Source: Flavobacterium sp. (lineage in GTDB: Bacteria; Bacteroidota; Bacteroidia; Flavobacteriales; Flavobacteriaceae). From it: DNA of 64,000 nucleotides. The position numbers and the translations under genes were made by a program. The stretch spans positions 1,827 to 65,826 of the forward strand of contig NZ_JAPZSP010000019.1 in assembly GCF_027531705.1 (NCBI RefSeq), written 5' to 3'. This document shows positions 1 through 8,344 of the stretch, one piece after another (position 1 is the first letter of the stretch; each line of letters starts with the position of its first letter). The notes beneath the pieces were generated by a model. The model was given only the letters and a program-made list of their open reading frames with translations, ran no database searches and was not told where the DNA came from.

Positions 1-510
1 TTTTTTAACCGTTTCGCCCATTGCTTTAATTTCGCCGTTTTTATCAACCTGAATACCGGGAAGTTTTTTTAGTAAGTCTTCGACATTAGCATTTACATCA
101 ACCTTATAATCGCTTGCTCTATAGCTAGTTGTATCACCTTTAATTCTCATTGAGCCACCTTTAATAAGAACTTCTTCCAGCAGCTTACTTTTACTAATTA
201 GTACAATTGTTCCTAGCTTATTTTCGTTTTCTTTTATTTCTATATCATCTACATAGTCGGCAAATTTACTGTGAGATGTAGTCAATATATACTTTCCTGA
301 GTTGATGTTTTTAATTAAAAAATGTCCTTCTTTATCTGACCTTGTAAATAGATATAAAATAGAATCTTTTGGCTTTAATAAAGCTATGACCGTATTTTGA
401 ACAGGATTTTTTTCTAAATCATTAACTTGTCCAAAGAGCGATCCTTTTTGAGAAAAGGACGAAAATGAAAATAATAATAAAGCAACAATTAAGAAATTAA
501 ATTTCAACAT
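1..510 (-). CDS. 5' part of an outer-membrane beta-barrel / TonB-dependent receptor-like protein with a carboxypeptidase-regulatory-like N-terminal domain; runs off the window edge
   Basis: Not in the ORF track. Manual translation from ATG at 510: MLKFNFLIVAFIIFIFSSFSQKGSLFGQVND...IKGDTTSYRASDYKVDVNANVEELTKKLPGIQVDKNGEIKAMGETVKK. It has a signal peptide and the 'KKLPG.V' plug-type motif. Confidence 0.8.
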   Translation of the reverse strand, partial: MLKFNFLIVALLLFSFSSFSQKGSLFGQVNDLEKNPVQNTVIALLKPKDSILYLFTRSDKEGHFLIKNINSGKYILTTSHSKFADYVDDIEIKENENKLGTIVLISKSKLLEEVLIKGGSMRIKGDTTSYRASDYKVDVNANVEDLLKKLPGIQVDKNGEIKAMGETVKK

Positions 511-748
511 AATATAATTTTTAAGCATCTAAAAACAAATGTAAAGTTCTTTCTGACAAAAGCTAGAAAATAGTTGGTATTTAACATTTTTCTTGAAACT
601 TTAATAAAGTTAGAAACGAGTTTTATTTAAAAATATTTTACTGAAATGTAAGATTGTTATTATGAATGAATAAATAGCAATAAACGACTTTAGATATAGA
701 TAAATGCAAAGTTCAAATGATTGCAAAAGTTTTGAAAATTGAAATTAA

Positions 749-880
749 AGTAACAATAACGAATCGATTATAGGTTCAGTAACAGCTAATTATCCTACCA
801 AGATTATTATTGAAACTGCTTTTGGAGGAAAACGAGTGGTGAATCCTTTGATTAGAGAACAATTGCCTCGAATTTGTTAA
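749..880 (+). pseudogene. hypE: C-terminal remnant of hydrogenase maturation protein HypE
   Basis: The frame reads SNNNESIIGSVTANYPTKIIIETAFGGKRVVNPLIREQLPRIC*, matching the HypE terminus (IIG.V...GG.R......EQLPRIC). In-frame stops lie immediately upstream and there is no start codon. Confidence 0.75.
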
Positions 881-884
881 GTAC

Positions 885-927
885 AAAAATCCCAAATTCA
901 AATCTTTAGTTGGAATTTGGGATTTTT
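885..927. terminator. Bidirectional intrinsic terminator-like hairpin built from AAATCCC/AAATTC heptamer-like units
   Basis: Perfect 15-bp inverted repeat AAAAATCCCAAATTC (885-899) / GAATTTGGGATTTTT (913-927), between the convergent hypE relic and hydrolase. Confidence 0.7.
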
Positions 928-942
928 AATATTGGAATTTAA

Positions 943-2331
943 TTACTTTAATTTCAATATCCAAGAGCTCATTTTGTCTAGAACTGCTGGCGAAAAGGTT
1001 TGTTCAATTTCACCATATTCTGCAACCGAACCAATTTTTGCTTCCTGAAACAAATGGTTTAGATTTGGAAACTCAACTACTTCAAACGATTTGTTTTTTG
1101 CTTTTTCTAACGAAGATTTTATTCCAGCTAAGTTTTCTTTTGAAGTAACTTGAGCATCTAAACTTCCATTTAAAGCTAAAACGGGAATTTTAACTTTGCT
1201 CCAATAGACATCAGGATTAAATTTCAGAAAATAGACAAACCACGGATTAGAAATTTGTTTGGCTTCATTTTCTAGCATTTTTTTGATTTCGCTTTCAGGC
1301 GGCAATTGTTCTTTTGGAATTTTTTTCAAATCTTCGCTAAGTATTGCTTTTATTTCCAATTTTATGTTTTTTGTTGTTGTACCGTTTTTTGCAACTGCAT
1401 ATAGTTTTCTGTTTAATTCTTCGTTCATTTTCAAGTCAGCATCGCTTGCGCCATCTAATTTTGCAATAGCTTTAGATTGCAATTGTAACAATTCTTCAAT
1501 AGGAATTCCAGGACCAGCAAGTGAAATTACAAATTTTACTTTATTATTTTGAGAAGCAACCATTGGCGCAATCATACCACCTTCACTATGTCCAGCCAAT
1601 CCAATGTTTTTGTAACCTTTTAAAGCTAAAAAGTTTACAGCTGCATTAATATCGGTTGCAAAATTTTGAGATGTTGGAGTAGTATTGTTTCCTTTGTCCG
1701 AACCACCAATTCCTCTATCATCTAGGCGTAAAACAGCAATTCCCTTTTTGGCAAAATCATCAGCTATAACCCAAAAAGGTTTATGACCAAAAATCTCTTC
1801 ATCTCTATTTTGTTGCCCAGAACCAGTTATCAAAACCACAACAGGAATGTTTTTTTTGTTTTTTGGAGTTGTTAAAGTTCCAGCCAACGTGTTCAAGTCT
1901 ATCGGATTTACAAATGTAATTTCTTCCATTTCATAATCAAAAGGTGCTTTTGGCGTTTGAGGACGATTTAGTTTCGTTTCACCATCTTTTTTTCTTGATA
2001 AAACTAGTGGTAAATTCATGTCACCTTGACTAAACGTACCATCAATTTTGTCATTTACTAAAGTTCCTTTGAACTGAATTTTTATATTAGAAGCATCTAA
2101 AAAAAGCTCGTTTTTTTCAAATGTTGTATTGGCAATCGGAATGTCTTTTGCGCCTTGAGAAGGACTATCCAAAGTAGTTGTCAAACCAGTTTCAATTGAT
2201 TTTATATTAAAAATTATAGGAAGTTTTGTTCCTTGAATAGCAAGTTCTCCTGCCCAAGAACCAATAATTTCTTGACCAAAGAAAGGTGTGAAAAACAAAA
2301 CAAAAACGAAAAGCAAAAAAGTTTTTTTCAT
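943..2331 (-). CDS. Secreted alpha/beta hydrolase (S9/S15-like serine peptidase or esterase)
   Basis: Signal peptide, ITGSGQQNRDE motif, nucleophile elbow GHSEGG, LNGSLD acid and NHLFQ histidine. Confidence 0.85.
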   Translation of the reverse strand: MKKTFLLFVFVLFFTPFFGQEIIGSWAGELAIQGTKLPIIFNIKSIETGLTTTLDSPSQGAKDIPIANTTFEKNELFLDASNIKIQFKGTLVNDKIDGTFSQGDMNLPLVLSRKKDGETKLNRPQTPKAPFDYEMEEITFVNPIDLNTLAGTLTTPKNKKNIPVVVLITGSGQQNRDEEIFGHKPFWVIADDFAKKGIAVLRLDDRGIGGSDKGNNTTPTSQNFATDINAAVNFLALKGYKNIGLAGHSEGGMIAPMVASQNNKVKFVISLAGPGIPIEELLQLQSKAIAKLDGASDADLKMNEELNRKLYAVAKNGTTTKNIKLEIKAILSEDLKKIPKEQLPPESEIKKMLENEAKQISNPWFVYFLKFNPDVYWSKVKIPVLALNGSLDAQVTSKENLAGIKSSLEKAKNKSFEVVEFPNLNHLFQEAKIGSVAEYGEIEQTFSPAVLDKMSSWILKLK

Positions 2332-2343
2332 AAATAATGTAGT

Positions 2344-2925
2344 TTAAATTAATGGTAAAATAGTTTTAGAAAGTATTTCTGCAAAAAAAATGAGTAACCC
2401 AAAAACAACAAAGTGTATAGGTTTTTTAGCGTTGGTTGCCGTTTTAAATCCTTGAAATAAAAGTGTGATAGCATAAACTAATAAAAGAATTAAAACACAT
2501 GATAGTACTAATATCATTACCAAATCCAATGGCTTTATTACTAATTTTTCTAATGAATTTATGTTTTTCTGTACTTCATTTTCAAACGATTTTAAAAAAG
2601 GAAAGGTCATTAATAACGCCATAAAATAAAATGGAATTCTAAAAAGAAAACCTGCGTTTAAAATATCAATAAATCTCGTTCGAGGATTTATTATTTTACC
2701 AAAAATGAAAAGCAAAAGAGTGATTAGAACTAAATCAAAACAGTTTTCTTTTAATGAATCAAAAAAAGTTAGTTCTGAGTTTAAATGAACATCAATTAGT
2801 CCATCGAAAGTTGCGCCGCATAGAAAAGCAACGTAGCTTCCAATACAAAAAGTAATTATTCCAAAAAACAATAATGTTTTTTCAGAAAATTTGTTAAACG
2901 GATTTATGAGTAATTGCCAATTCAT
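2344..2925 (-). CDS. Yip1-like multi-pass membrane protein
   Basis: About 5 hydrophobic segments; N-terminal NPF motif; R..D.LN..L..R.P motif. Confidence 0.55.
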   Translation of the reverse strand: MNWQLLINPFNKFSEKTLLFFGIITFCIGSYVAFLCGATFDGLIDVHLNSELTFFDSLKENCFDLVLITLLLFIFGKIINPRTRFIDILNAGFLFRIPFYFMALLMTFPFLKSFENEVQKNINSLEKLVIKPLDLVMILVLSCVLILLLVYAITLLFQGFKTATNAKKPIHFVVFGLLIFFAEILSKTILPLI

Positions 2926-2929
2926 ACCA

Positions 2930-3199
2930 TTATAAGTTTTTTAGTTGATTAATTTTTTCGATAAGATCATCCATTTTGTTTCGCATCGTAGGATAAGAAT
3001 TGCCAGCTTGTTTAGCCATTTCTTTGATGCTGCCACTTGAAAGGAAAAATTCTAAAATAAAATCTTGTTCATCTCGGCTCAGTTTGAGGTAAAGAGGCAA
3101 GTCATAATTTCCGTTCACTTCGGTTTCGCATTGGTCACATTTCATCTGACTTACACGAAGTGAATTTTCACAACTCGGACAAATAACAGGTAGTTTCAT
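2930..3199 (-). CDS. DUF2089-family Zn-ribbon/HTH protein, putative regulator
   Basis: CPSC...CDQC Zn ribbon followed by SGSIKEMAKQAGNSYPTMRNKMDDLI helix-turn-helix. Confidence 0.8.
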   Translation of the reverse strand: MKLPVICPSCENSLRVSQMKCDQCETEVNGNYDLPLYLKLSRDEQDFILEFFLSSGSIKEMAKQAGNSYPTMRNKMDDLIEKINQLKNL

Positions 3200-3326
3200 T
3201 TTAATAAAGTTAAAATAATTTTTAATAAAATTAAAAAAATATTTATAAAAACAAATAAAAGTGAAAATAAATTTAAAAAACGAAACGATATCTGAGACAA
3301 TAAATAAACCAATAAAATTAAGTCAA

Positions 3327-3402
3327 CTGACGCAATTATATTAATTTCCGTCACTAAGCTGACGCAATTATATTAATTTCCGTCAATCAATAGACGCAAT
3401 TA
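3327..3402. repeat. Tandem direct repeat, 32-bp period (two full units plus a partial), each unit an imperfect palindrome
   Basis: CTGACGCAATTATATTAATTTCCGTCA at 3327-3353 and 3359-3385; GACGCAATTA again at 3393-3402. Confidence 0.95.
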
Positions 3403-3415
3403 AAAATATTTTATT

Positions 3416-3423
3416 TAAATTTG
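3416..3423 (+). promoter_or_regulatory. Bacteroidota sigma -7 promoter element for the ATPase gene
   Basis: TAAATTTG matches TAnnTTTG, 16 bp before the ATG at 3440. Confidence 0.6.
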
Positions 3424-3439
3424 CCTAAATTTTTTACTT

Positions 3440-4570
3440 ATGGAAATAGCAAGAGTTGCGTTAGATTTGATTACTAAAAAGTTGCAACCCAACAAAGTTG
3501 TAGTGCTTTTGGGTGCAAGGCGAGTTGGAAAAACAATATTGATTGAAAAAGTAATCGAAAATTTGAACGAAAAACATCTTTTCCTTAATGGTGATGATGT
3601 TGAATCGCATAATTTATTAGAAACACAAAGTACGGCAAATTTTAATAGAATACTTGGCGACACAAGATTTTTAATAATTGACGAGGCACAAGAAATACCA
3701 AATATTGGGAAGAAATTGAAATTAATGGTCGATACTATTCCAAATTTAAAGGTTTTAGTAACGGGTTCATCTGCATTTGAAATTAACAATCAAATAGGCG
3801 AGCCATTAGTGGGCAGAATGAAAACGATTAATTTATATCCAATTGCGCAAATAGAATTTTCAAAAACAGAAAATTATATTGAAACTAGAAGTAATCTTGA
3901 AGACAGGTTGATTTTTGGGAGCTATCCTGAATTGAGCAAAATAATCAACAGAGAAGACAAAATAAGTTATCTAAAAGAAATAGTAAACACGCAGTTATTA
4001 AGAGATATATTCGCTTTTGAAGGCATTAAAAAAAGAGATAAAATTATAGCATTACTTCAGATAATCGCTTTTAGAACAGGAAGCGAAATATCATTAGAAA
4101 GTATAGGCCGCGATTTACAGATTAGTAAAAATACAGTAGAAAAATACTTAGATTTATTTAGCAAAGTATTTATAATTTATAGCGTATCCGGTTTTAACAA
4201 AAATAGAGACAACGAAATTACCAAAATGAAAAAGTGGTATTTTGTAGATAACGGAATTAGAAATGCCATCATCAATTCTTTTAATCCGCTAAACATGAGA
4301 GAAGACGCAGGAAAGCTGTGGGAAAACTATTTGAATTCGGAGCGAATAAAAAAACTAAGTTACCAAGAAACAGCTATTTTTGATTATTTTTGGAGAACAC
4401 ACACCAAACAAGAAATAGACAGATTGGAAGTTAAAAACGAACAAATAGCTGCATTTGAATATAAATATGGAAAAGCAAAAGGGAAAATTCCAACCGAATT
4501 TGCAAAATCCTATTCAGAGGCAACTTTTGAAATTATCAATCAAGACAATTATTTAGATTATATTTTATAA
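3440..4570 (+). CDS. AAA+ ATPase (AAA_14) with central wHTH and C-terminal DUF4143 PD-(D/E)xK-like domain (COG1373 type)
   Basis: Walker A GARRVGKT, Walker B LIIDEAQ, TGSS, GSYP, HTH SLESIGRDLQISKNTVEKYL, YFWRT..QEID..AFEYK. Confidence 0.9.
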   Translation: MEIARVALDLITKKLQPNKVVVLLGARRVGKTILIEKVIENLNEKHLFLNGDDVESHNLLETQSTANFNRILGDTRFLIIDEAQEIPNIGKKLKLMVDTIPNLKVLVTGSSAFEINNQIGEPLVGRMKTINLYPIAQIEFSKTENYIETRSNLEDRLIFGSYPELSKIINREDKISYLKEIVNTQLLRDIFAFEGIKKRDKIIALLQIIAFRTGSEISLESIGRDLQISKNTVEKYLDLFSKVFIIYSVSGFNKNRDNEITKMKKWYFVDNGIRNAIINSFNPLNMREDAGKLWENYLNSERIKKLSYQETAIFDYFWRTHTKQEIDRLEVKNEQIAAFEYKYGKAKGKIPTEFAKSYSEATFEIINQDNYLDYIL

Positions 4571-4572
4571 AA

Positions 4573-4612
4573 AAAATTCCAAATCCCAACTAAATATTGG
4601 AATTTGGAATTT
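4573..4612. terminator. Bidirectional terminator-like hairpin of the same AATTCCA/AATCCCA family as 885-927
   Basis: AAAATTCCAAATCCCAA pairs with TTGGAATTTGGAATTTT with 1 mismatch; lies between the convergent ATPase and tatA genes. Confidence 0.65.
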
Positions 4613-4622
4613 TCTAAATTGG

Positions 4623-4647
4623 CACTTCGACTGCGCTCAGTGTGACA
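4623..4647 (-). repeat. 25-bp REP-like dispersed element, copy 1 (intergenic)
   Basis: CACTTCGACTGCGCTCAGTGTGACA is the exact reverse complement of 13057-13081. Confidence 0.9.
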
Positions 4648-4653
4648 AAAAAA

Positions 4654-4827
4654 CTACTTCGTTTCTTCTTCTTTTTTAGAAGTTGCTTGATCGCCTTTTG
4701 AAGCGTCTTTAAATTCTTTAATTCCTGTTCCTAATCCTTTCATTAATTCTGGAATTTTTTTACCTCCAAAAAGTAACAAAACGATAACTAGAATAACTAT
4801 TATTTCGGTAGCACCTAATCTTCCCAT
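4654..4827 (-). CDS. tatA: Twin-arginine translocase subunit TatA/E (57 aa)
   Basis: Below the ORF-track cutoff. Translates to [53 protein letters not shown] -7 box lies on the minus strand at 4875-4882. Confidence 0.95.
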   Translation of the reverse strand: MGRLGATEIIVILVIVLLLFGGKKIPELMKGLGTGIKEFKDASKGDQATSKKEEETK

Positions 4828-5001
4828 GATTTATAAATTTTCGCTTTCGCAGATTTTTAATGTAAAATAATGAGCAAAGGTAAAAAGAAAAAAGATTAGA
4901 TTTAATTTTAGCACAATTATTTATAGTTAAACTTCGTTAAATGTTTTCAATTCGTATAAAAGAACTTATTTTTCTATATTTGTGCTATAAACTTTAGCAA
5001 C

Positions 5002-5496
5002 ATGCTTAAAAGAATTTTTAATAAAGAGTTTTTAAAGAAAAAACTACTTACCAAAAACCGTTTACTAATAGTAAACGAAGATTCTTTTGAAGAACTTTTC
5101 TCGTTTCGACTTACTTTGATGAACGTTTTTGTTGTAGCAACTTTAGGAGCAATTCTCATAATTACAGCAACTACCTTTTTAATAGCTTTTACACCGTTAA
5201 AAGAATATATACCAGGATTTGCTTCATCTGAGTTAAAAAGAGAAGCTACCGAATTAGCACTAAAATCTGATTCATTATCATTTGCTATCAAAAAAAATGA
5301 AGCTTATTTAGCTTCCATCAAAAAAGTTTTAAACGGCGATTTAGAATACGAAAAAGTAAATAAAGATTCGATTTTGGCTGTTACAAAAGAAGACTTTTCA
5401 GAAGAAGATCTAAAACCTTCTGAAGCCGAAATTCAACTAAGAGAAGAAGTTCTTGCCGAAGAAAACAAAATCAATTTAGAAAAAAAGAAAAAATAA
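5002..5496 (+). CDS. N-terminal (TM plus coiled-coil) part of the Bacteroidota M23-peptidase-like family; no catalytic domain
   Basis: RLLIVNEDSFEE..SFRLTLMNV, one TM helix, TPLKEYIPG; no HxxxD or HxH motif. Confidence 0.6.
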   Translation: MLKRIFNKEFLKKKLLTKNRLLIVNEDSFEELFSFRLTLMNVFVVATLGAILIITATTFLIAFTPLKEYIPGFASSELKREATELALKSDSLSFAIKKNEAYLASIKKVLNGDLEYEKVNKDSILAVTKEDFSEEDLKPSEAEIQLREEVLAEENKINLEKKKK

Positions 5497-5497
5497 T

Positions 5498-5845
5498 ATG
5501 TTCAATTTAGACAACATTTTGTTTTTACCAGCCTTAACAAGCATAATTTTTTTAATTGCAGGTCTTGTTATGTATAGTTTTCCACCTAAAAAAATTAATT
5601 ATTTGTATGGTTATCGAACCAATTCTTCAATGAAATCGCAAGAAAGATGGGATTTTGCTCAAAAATATTCTTCAATTCAAATGATAAAGTTAGCACTACT
5701 AATGTTCGTTATTTCTTTGATTTTCTCATTTTTTAAAATTAGTGAAAACTTGAATTTAATCTTTGGATTAATAGTTTTATTAATTGGAGTTTCATTTATG
5801 TTTTACAAAGTCGAAAAGGCAATCAAAGTTAATTTTCCTAACTAA
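5498..5845 (+). CDS. SdpI/YhfL-family membrane protein
   Basis: PPKKINYLYGYRT..SMKSQERWDFAQ signature and 3 TM helices. Confidence 0.85.
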   Translation: MFNLDNILFLPALTSIIFLIAGLVMYSFPPKKINYLYGYRTNSSMKSQERWDFAQKYSSIQMIKLALLMFVISLIFSFFKISENLNLIFGLIVLLIGVSFMFYKVEKAIKVNFPN

Positions 5846-5851
5846 AATAAG

Positions 5852-7333
5852 ATGTCATTAAAATCAATTGCCGCTAAGGTTTTTGCAAAAAAAATTCACC
5901 AAAAAACGATTAAATGGGCATCAAATCCTGTTGAAACGCAACAAAAAGTTTTTGAAAGTTTAATTCGTCAAGCAGCCACAACGCAGTTTGGAAAAGACCA
6001 TCATTTTTCTCAAATCAAAACCTTTCAAGACTTTGCCAATCAAGTACCAGTTCGCGATTATGAAGCATTAAAACCTTATGTTGACCGAGTTGTAAGCGGC
6101 GAAGAAAACATTCTCTGGAAAGGAAAACCCATTTATTTTGCAAAAACTTCAGGAACAACATCTGGTGCCAAATATATTCCACTTACCAAAGAATCAATGC
6201 CTTTTCATATAGAAGCAGCACGAAATGCCATTTTGAGTTACATTCACGAAACAGGAAACGCCGATTTTGTAAACGGAAAAATGATTTTCTTGCAAGGAAG
6301 CCCAATATTGGAAGAAAAAAACGGAATCAAACTAGGCAGATTATCAGGAATTGTAGCGCATTTTGTTCCCAAATATTTACAGAAAAACCGACTTCCTTCT
6401 TGGCAAACCAATTGCATCGAAGACTGGGAAACCAAGGTAAATGCTATTGTAGATGAAACCATCAACCAAGATATGGCAGTCATTTCCGGAATTCCATCTT
6501 GGGTACAAATGTATTTCGAAAAACTCAAAGAAAAAGCCAATAAACCAGTTGGTGAACTATTTAAAAACTTCAATCTTTTCATTTATGGCGGCGTAAATTA
6601 CGAACCATACAGAGCCAAATTTGAAAATCTTATTGGTCGAAAAGTTGATTCCATTGAGCTATTTCCAGCTTCCGAAGGATTTTTTGCTTACCAAGATTCT
6701 CAAAAAGAAAAAGGAATGCTATTGTTGCTAAACGCTGGTATTTTCTACGAATTCATAAAAGCCGACGAATTTTTCACCGAAAATCCAAGAAGATATACCA
6801 TTGGTGAAGTTGAACTAAACGTAAATTATGTTCTGATAATTTCCACCAACGCTGGACTTTGGGCCTACAACATTGGCGACACGGTTCAGTTTACAAGCCT
6901 AAAACCTTATCGAGTTATCGTTTCGGGTCGAATCAAGCATTATATTTCGGCTTTCGGCGAGCACGTAATCGGCAAAGAAGTCGAGTGCGCGCTACAAGAA
7001 GCCATGAAAGACACCACTATTCGAGTAAACGAATTTACGGTAGCGCCTCAAATCGCTCCAAATAAGGGCTTGCCTTATCACGAATGGTTTATCGAATTTG
7101 AAAACGAACCCAATAATCTCGAAGAATTTGCGTTATCTATCGATGCACAAATGCGAAAACAAAACGTGTATTACGACGATTTGATAGTTGGAAAAGTATT
7201 GCGAACATTAGTAATTACTAAGGTTTCCAAAAATGGTTTTCAAGAGTATATGAAATCAATAGGCAAACTTGGCGGACAAAATAAGCTACCAAGATTATCA
7301 AACGACAGAACAATTGCTGACAAATTAGTTTAA
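5852..7333 (+). CDS. GH3 auxin-responsive-promoter family adenylating enzyme (acyl-amido synthetase-like)
   Basis: AKTSGTTSGAKYIP P-loop, YNIGDTV, GQNKLPRL. Confidence 0.9.
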   Translation: MSLKSIAAKVFAKKIHQKTIKWASNPVETQQKVFESLIRQAATTQFGKDHHFSQIKTFQDFANQVPVRDYEALKPYVDRVVSGEENILWKGKPIYFAKTSGTTSGAKYIPLTKESMPFHIEAARNAILSYIHETGNADFVNGKMIFLQGSPILEEKNGIKLGRLSGIVAHFVPKYLQKNRLPSWQTNCIEDWETKVNAIVDETINQDMAVISGIPSWVQMYFEKLKEKANKPVGELFKNFNLFIYGGVNYEPYRAKFENLIGRKVDSIELFPASEGFFAYQDSQKEKGMLLLLNAGIFYEFIKADEFFTENPRRYTIGEVELNVNYVLIISTNAGLWAYNIGDTVQFTSLKPYRVIVSGRIKHYISAFGEHVIGKEVECALQEAMKDTTIRVNEFTVAPQIAPNKGLPYHEWFIEFENEPNNLEEFALSIDAQMRKQNVYYDDLIVGKVLRTLVITKVSKNGFQEYMKSIGKLGGQNKLPRLSNDRTIADKLV

Positions 7334-7375
7334 AAATTAGGAGCGAATGGCTTGGGCTTTTTCGACAATCCATTT

Positions 7376-7446
7376 TCCCGCTTTGCATTCCAATCTTTTC
7401 TTTTTTAAAGAAAAAAAGAAAAGGATTTCCACTGCAATCGGGGCTA
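7376..7446 (+). repeat. 71-bp dispersed hairpin repeat, copy 1
   Basis: 64/71 identical to 58420-58490; core CTTTTTTAAAGAAAAAAAGAAAAGGATTTCCACT. Confidence 0.9.
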
Positions 7447-7468
7447 TAAAGCAAACAAAAGGAATAAA

Positions 7469-8302
7469 ATGAAATTTAAAATAACAATTCTTCTTTTACT
7501 TACCAATCTAATTTCGGCTCAAATAAAAGGCGTTGTAAAAGACAGTATTACAGGCAAACCTATTTCATTTGTAAACATTTGGGTAGAAAATGAAAACATA
7601 GCCGCCACAACCGAAGAAGATGGAACTTTTGTTATAAACACAACTTCCAAAAGTCAAAAACTTTTCTTTTCAGCCTTAGGATTTGAAAAGAAAAGCGTTA
7701 AACTTGCTGACGCTTCACAGGTCATTTTAAAACCCATTTCATACGAACTTCAAGAAATCAATATTCTAAAAAAGTTAGAAACGAAACAAATAGAGATCGG
7801 AAAAACCGCAAGCGGAATTTACCAAGCTTTCGATAATGGTCCAAAAATCGACGTCAAGTTTTTTCCATACAAAACAAGTTACAAGAAAACCAAATTCATA
7901 AAACAACTAAGACTTCAAACCGACAGTAAAGTTGAAAACGCAACAGTAAAAATTCATTTTTATTCTGTAAATCCTGATTGTTCACCTGGCGAAGAACTTC
8001 TAAAAAAAGACTTAATTATTACAGTAAAAAAAGGAGTAAATAATAGCCGAGTAAATCTTTCAGAACGAAATTTAATAATGCCCAAAAACGGATTATATGT
8101 AGGTTTTGAAAAATTAAATATAGAAAGTAATAAAGAAGGAAAATCGTATTATCCATTTGTTTTATACAGTCATGACGAAAAATATTTCGCTTACACCTTT
8201 TCTGGTGGAAAATGGAACAAAGAAACAAGACTTGCTAACGATGGTTCATTAGCCAAATTTAGGGTATTTGAACCAGCGATAAATCTAATACTTAGCAATT
8301 AA
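7469..8302 (+). CDS. Secreted protein with N-terminal carboxypeptidase-regulatory-like (CarboxypepD_reg_2) domain
   Basis: Signal peptide, IKGVVKDSITGKPISFVNI, FSALGFE, LQEINI. Confidence 0.75.
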   Translation: MKFKITILLLLTNLISAQIKGVVKDSITGKPISFVNIWVENENIAATTEEDGTFVINTTSKSQKLFFSALGFEKKSVKLADASQVILKPISYELQEINILKKLETKQIEIGKTASGIYQAFDNGPKIDVKFFPYKTSYKKTKFIKQLRLQTDSKVENATVKIHFYSVNPDCSPGEELLKKDLIITVKKGVNNSRVNLSERNLIMPKNGLYVGFEKLNIESNKEGKSYYPFVLYSHDEKYFAYTFSGGKWNKETRLANDGSLAKFRVFEPAINLILSN

Positions 8303-8344
8303 TCCATAAAATTTGTACATTTGCAGGTTATAAGACAAAATTTA

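Noticed and set aside
1259-1552. Antisense or alternative-frame ORFs in the track (e.g. 1259-1552, 3415-3789, 4974-5291, 21281-21589, 41467-41778, 53248-53718 and other 60-110 aa ORFs)
   Set aside because: They lie within well-supported genes on the other strand or frame and show no recognisable motifs; treated as shadow ORFs.
3327-3402. Possible mini-CRISPR array
   Set aside because: The 27-bp repeats are separated by only 5 bp, there are no spacer-length unique sequences, and no cas genes are present.
7376-7446. Compensatory base changes between the two 71-bp copies as proof of an ncRNA
   Set aside because: The outer-stem differences do not restore pairing cleanly in copy 2; two copies are too few to judge.
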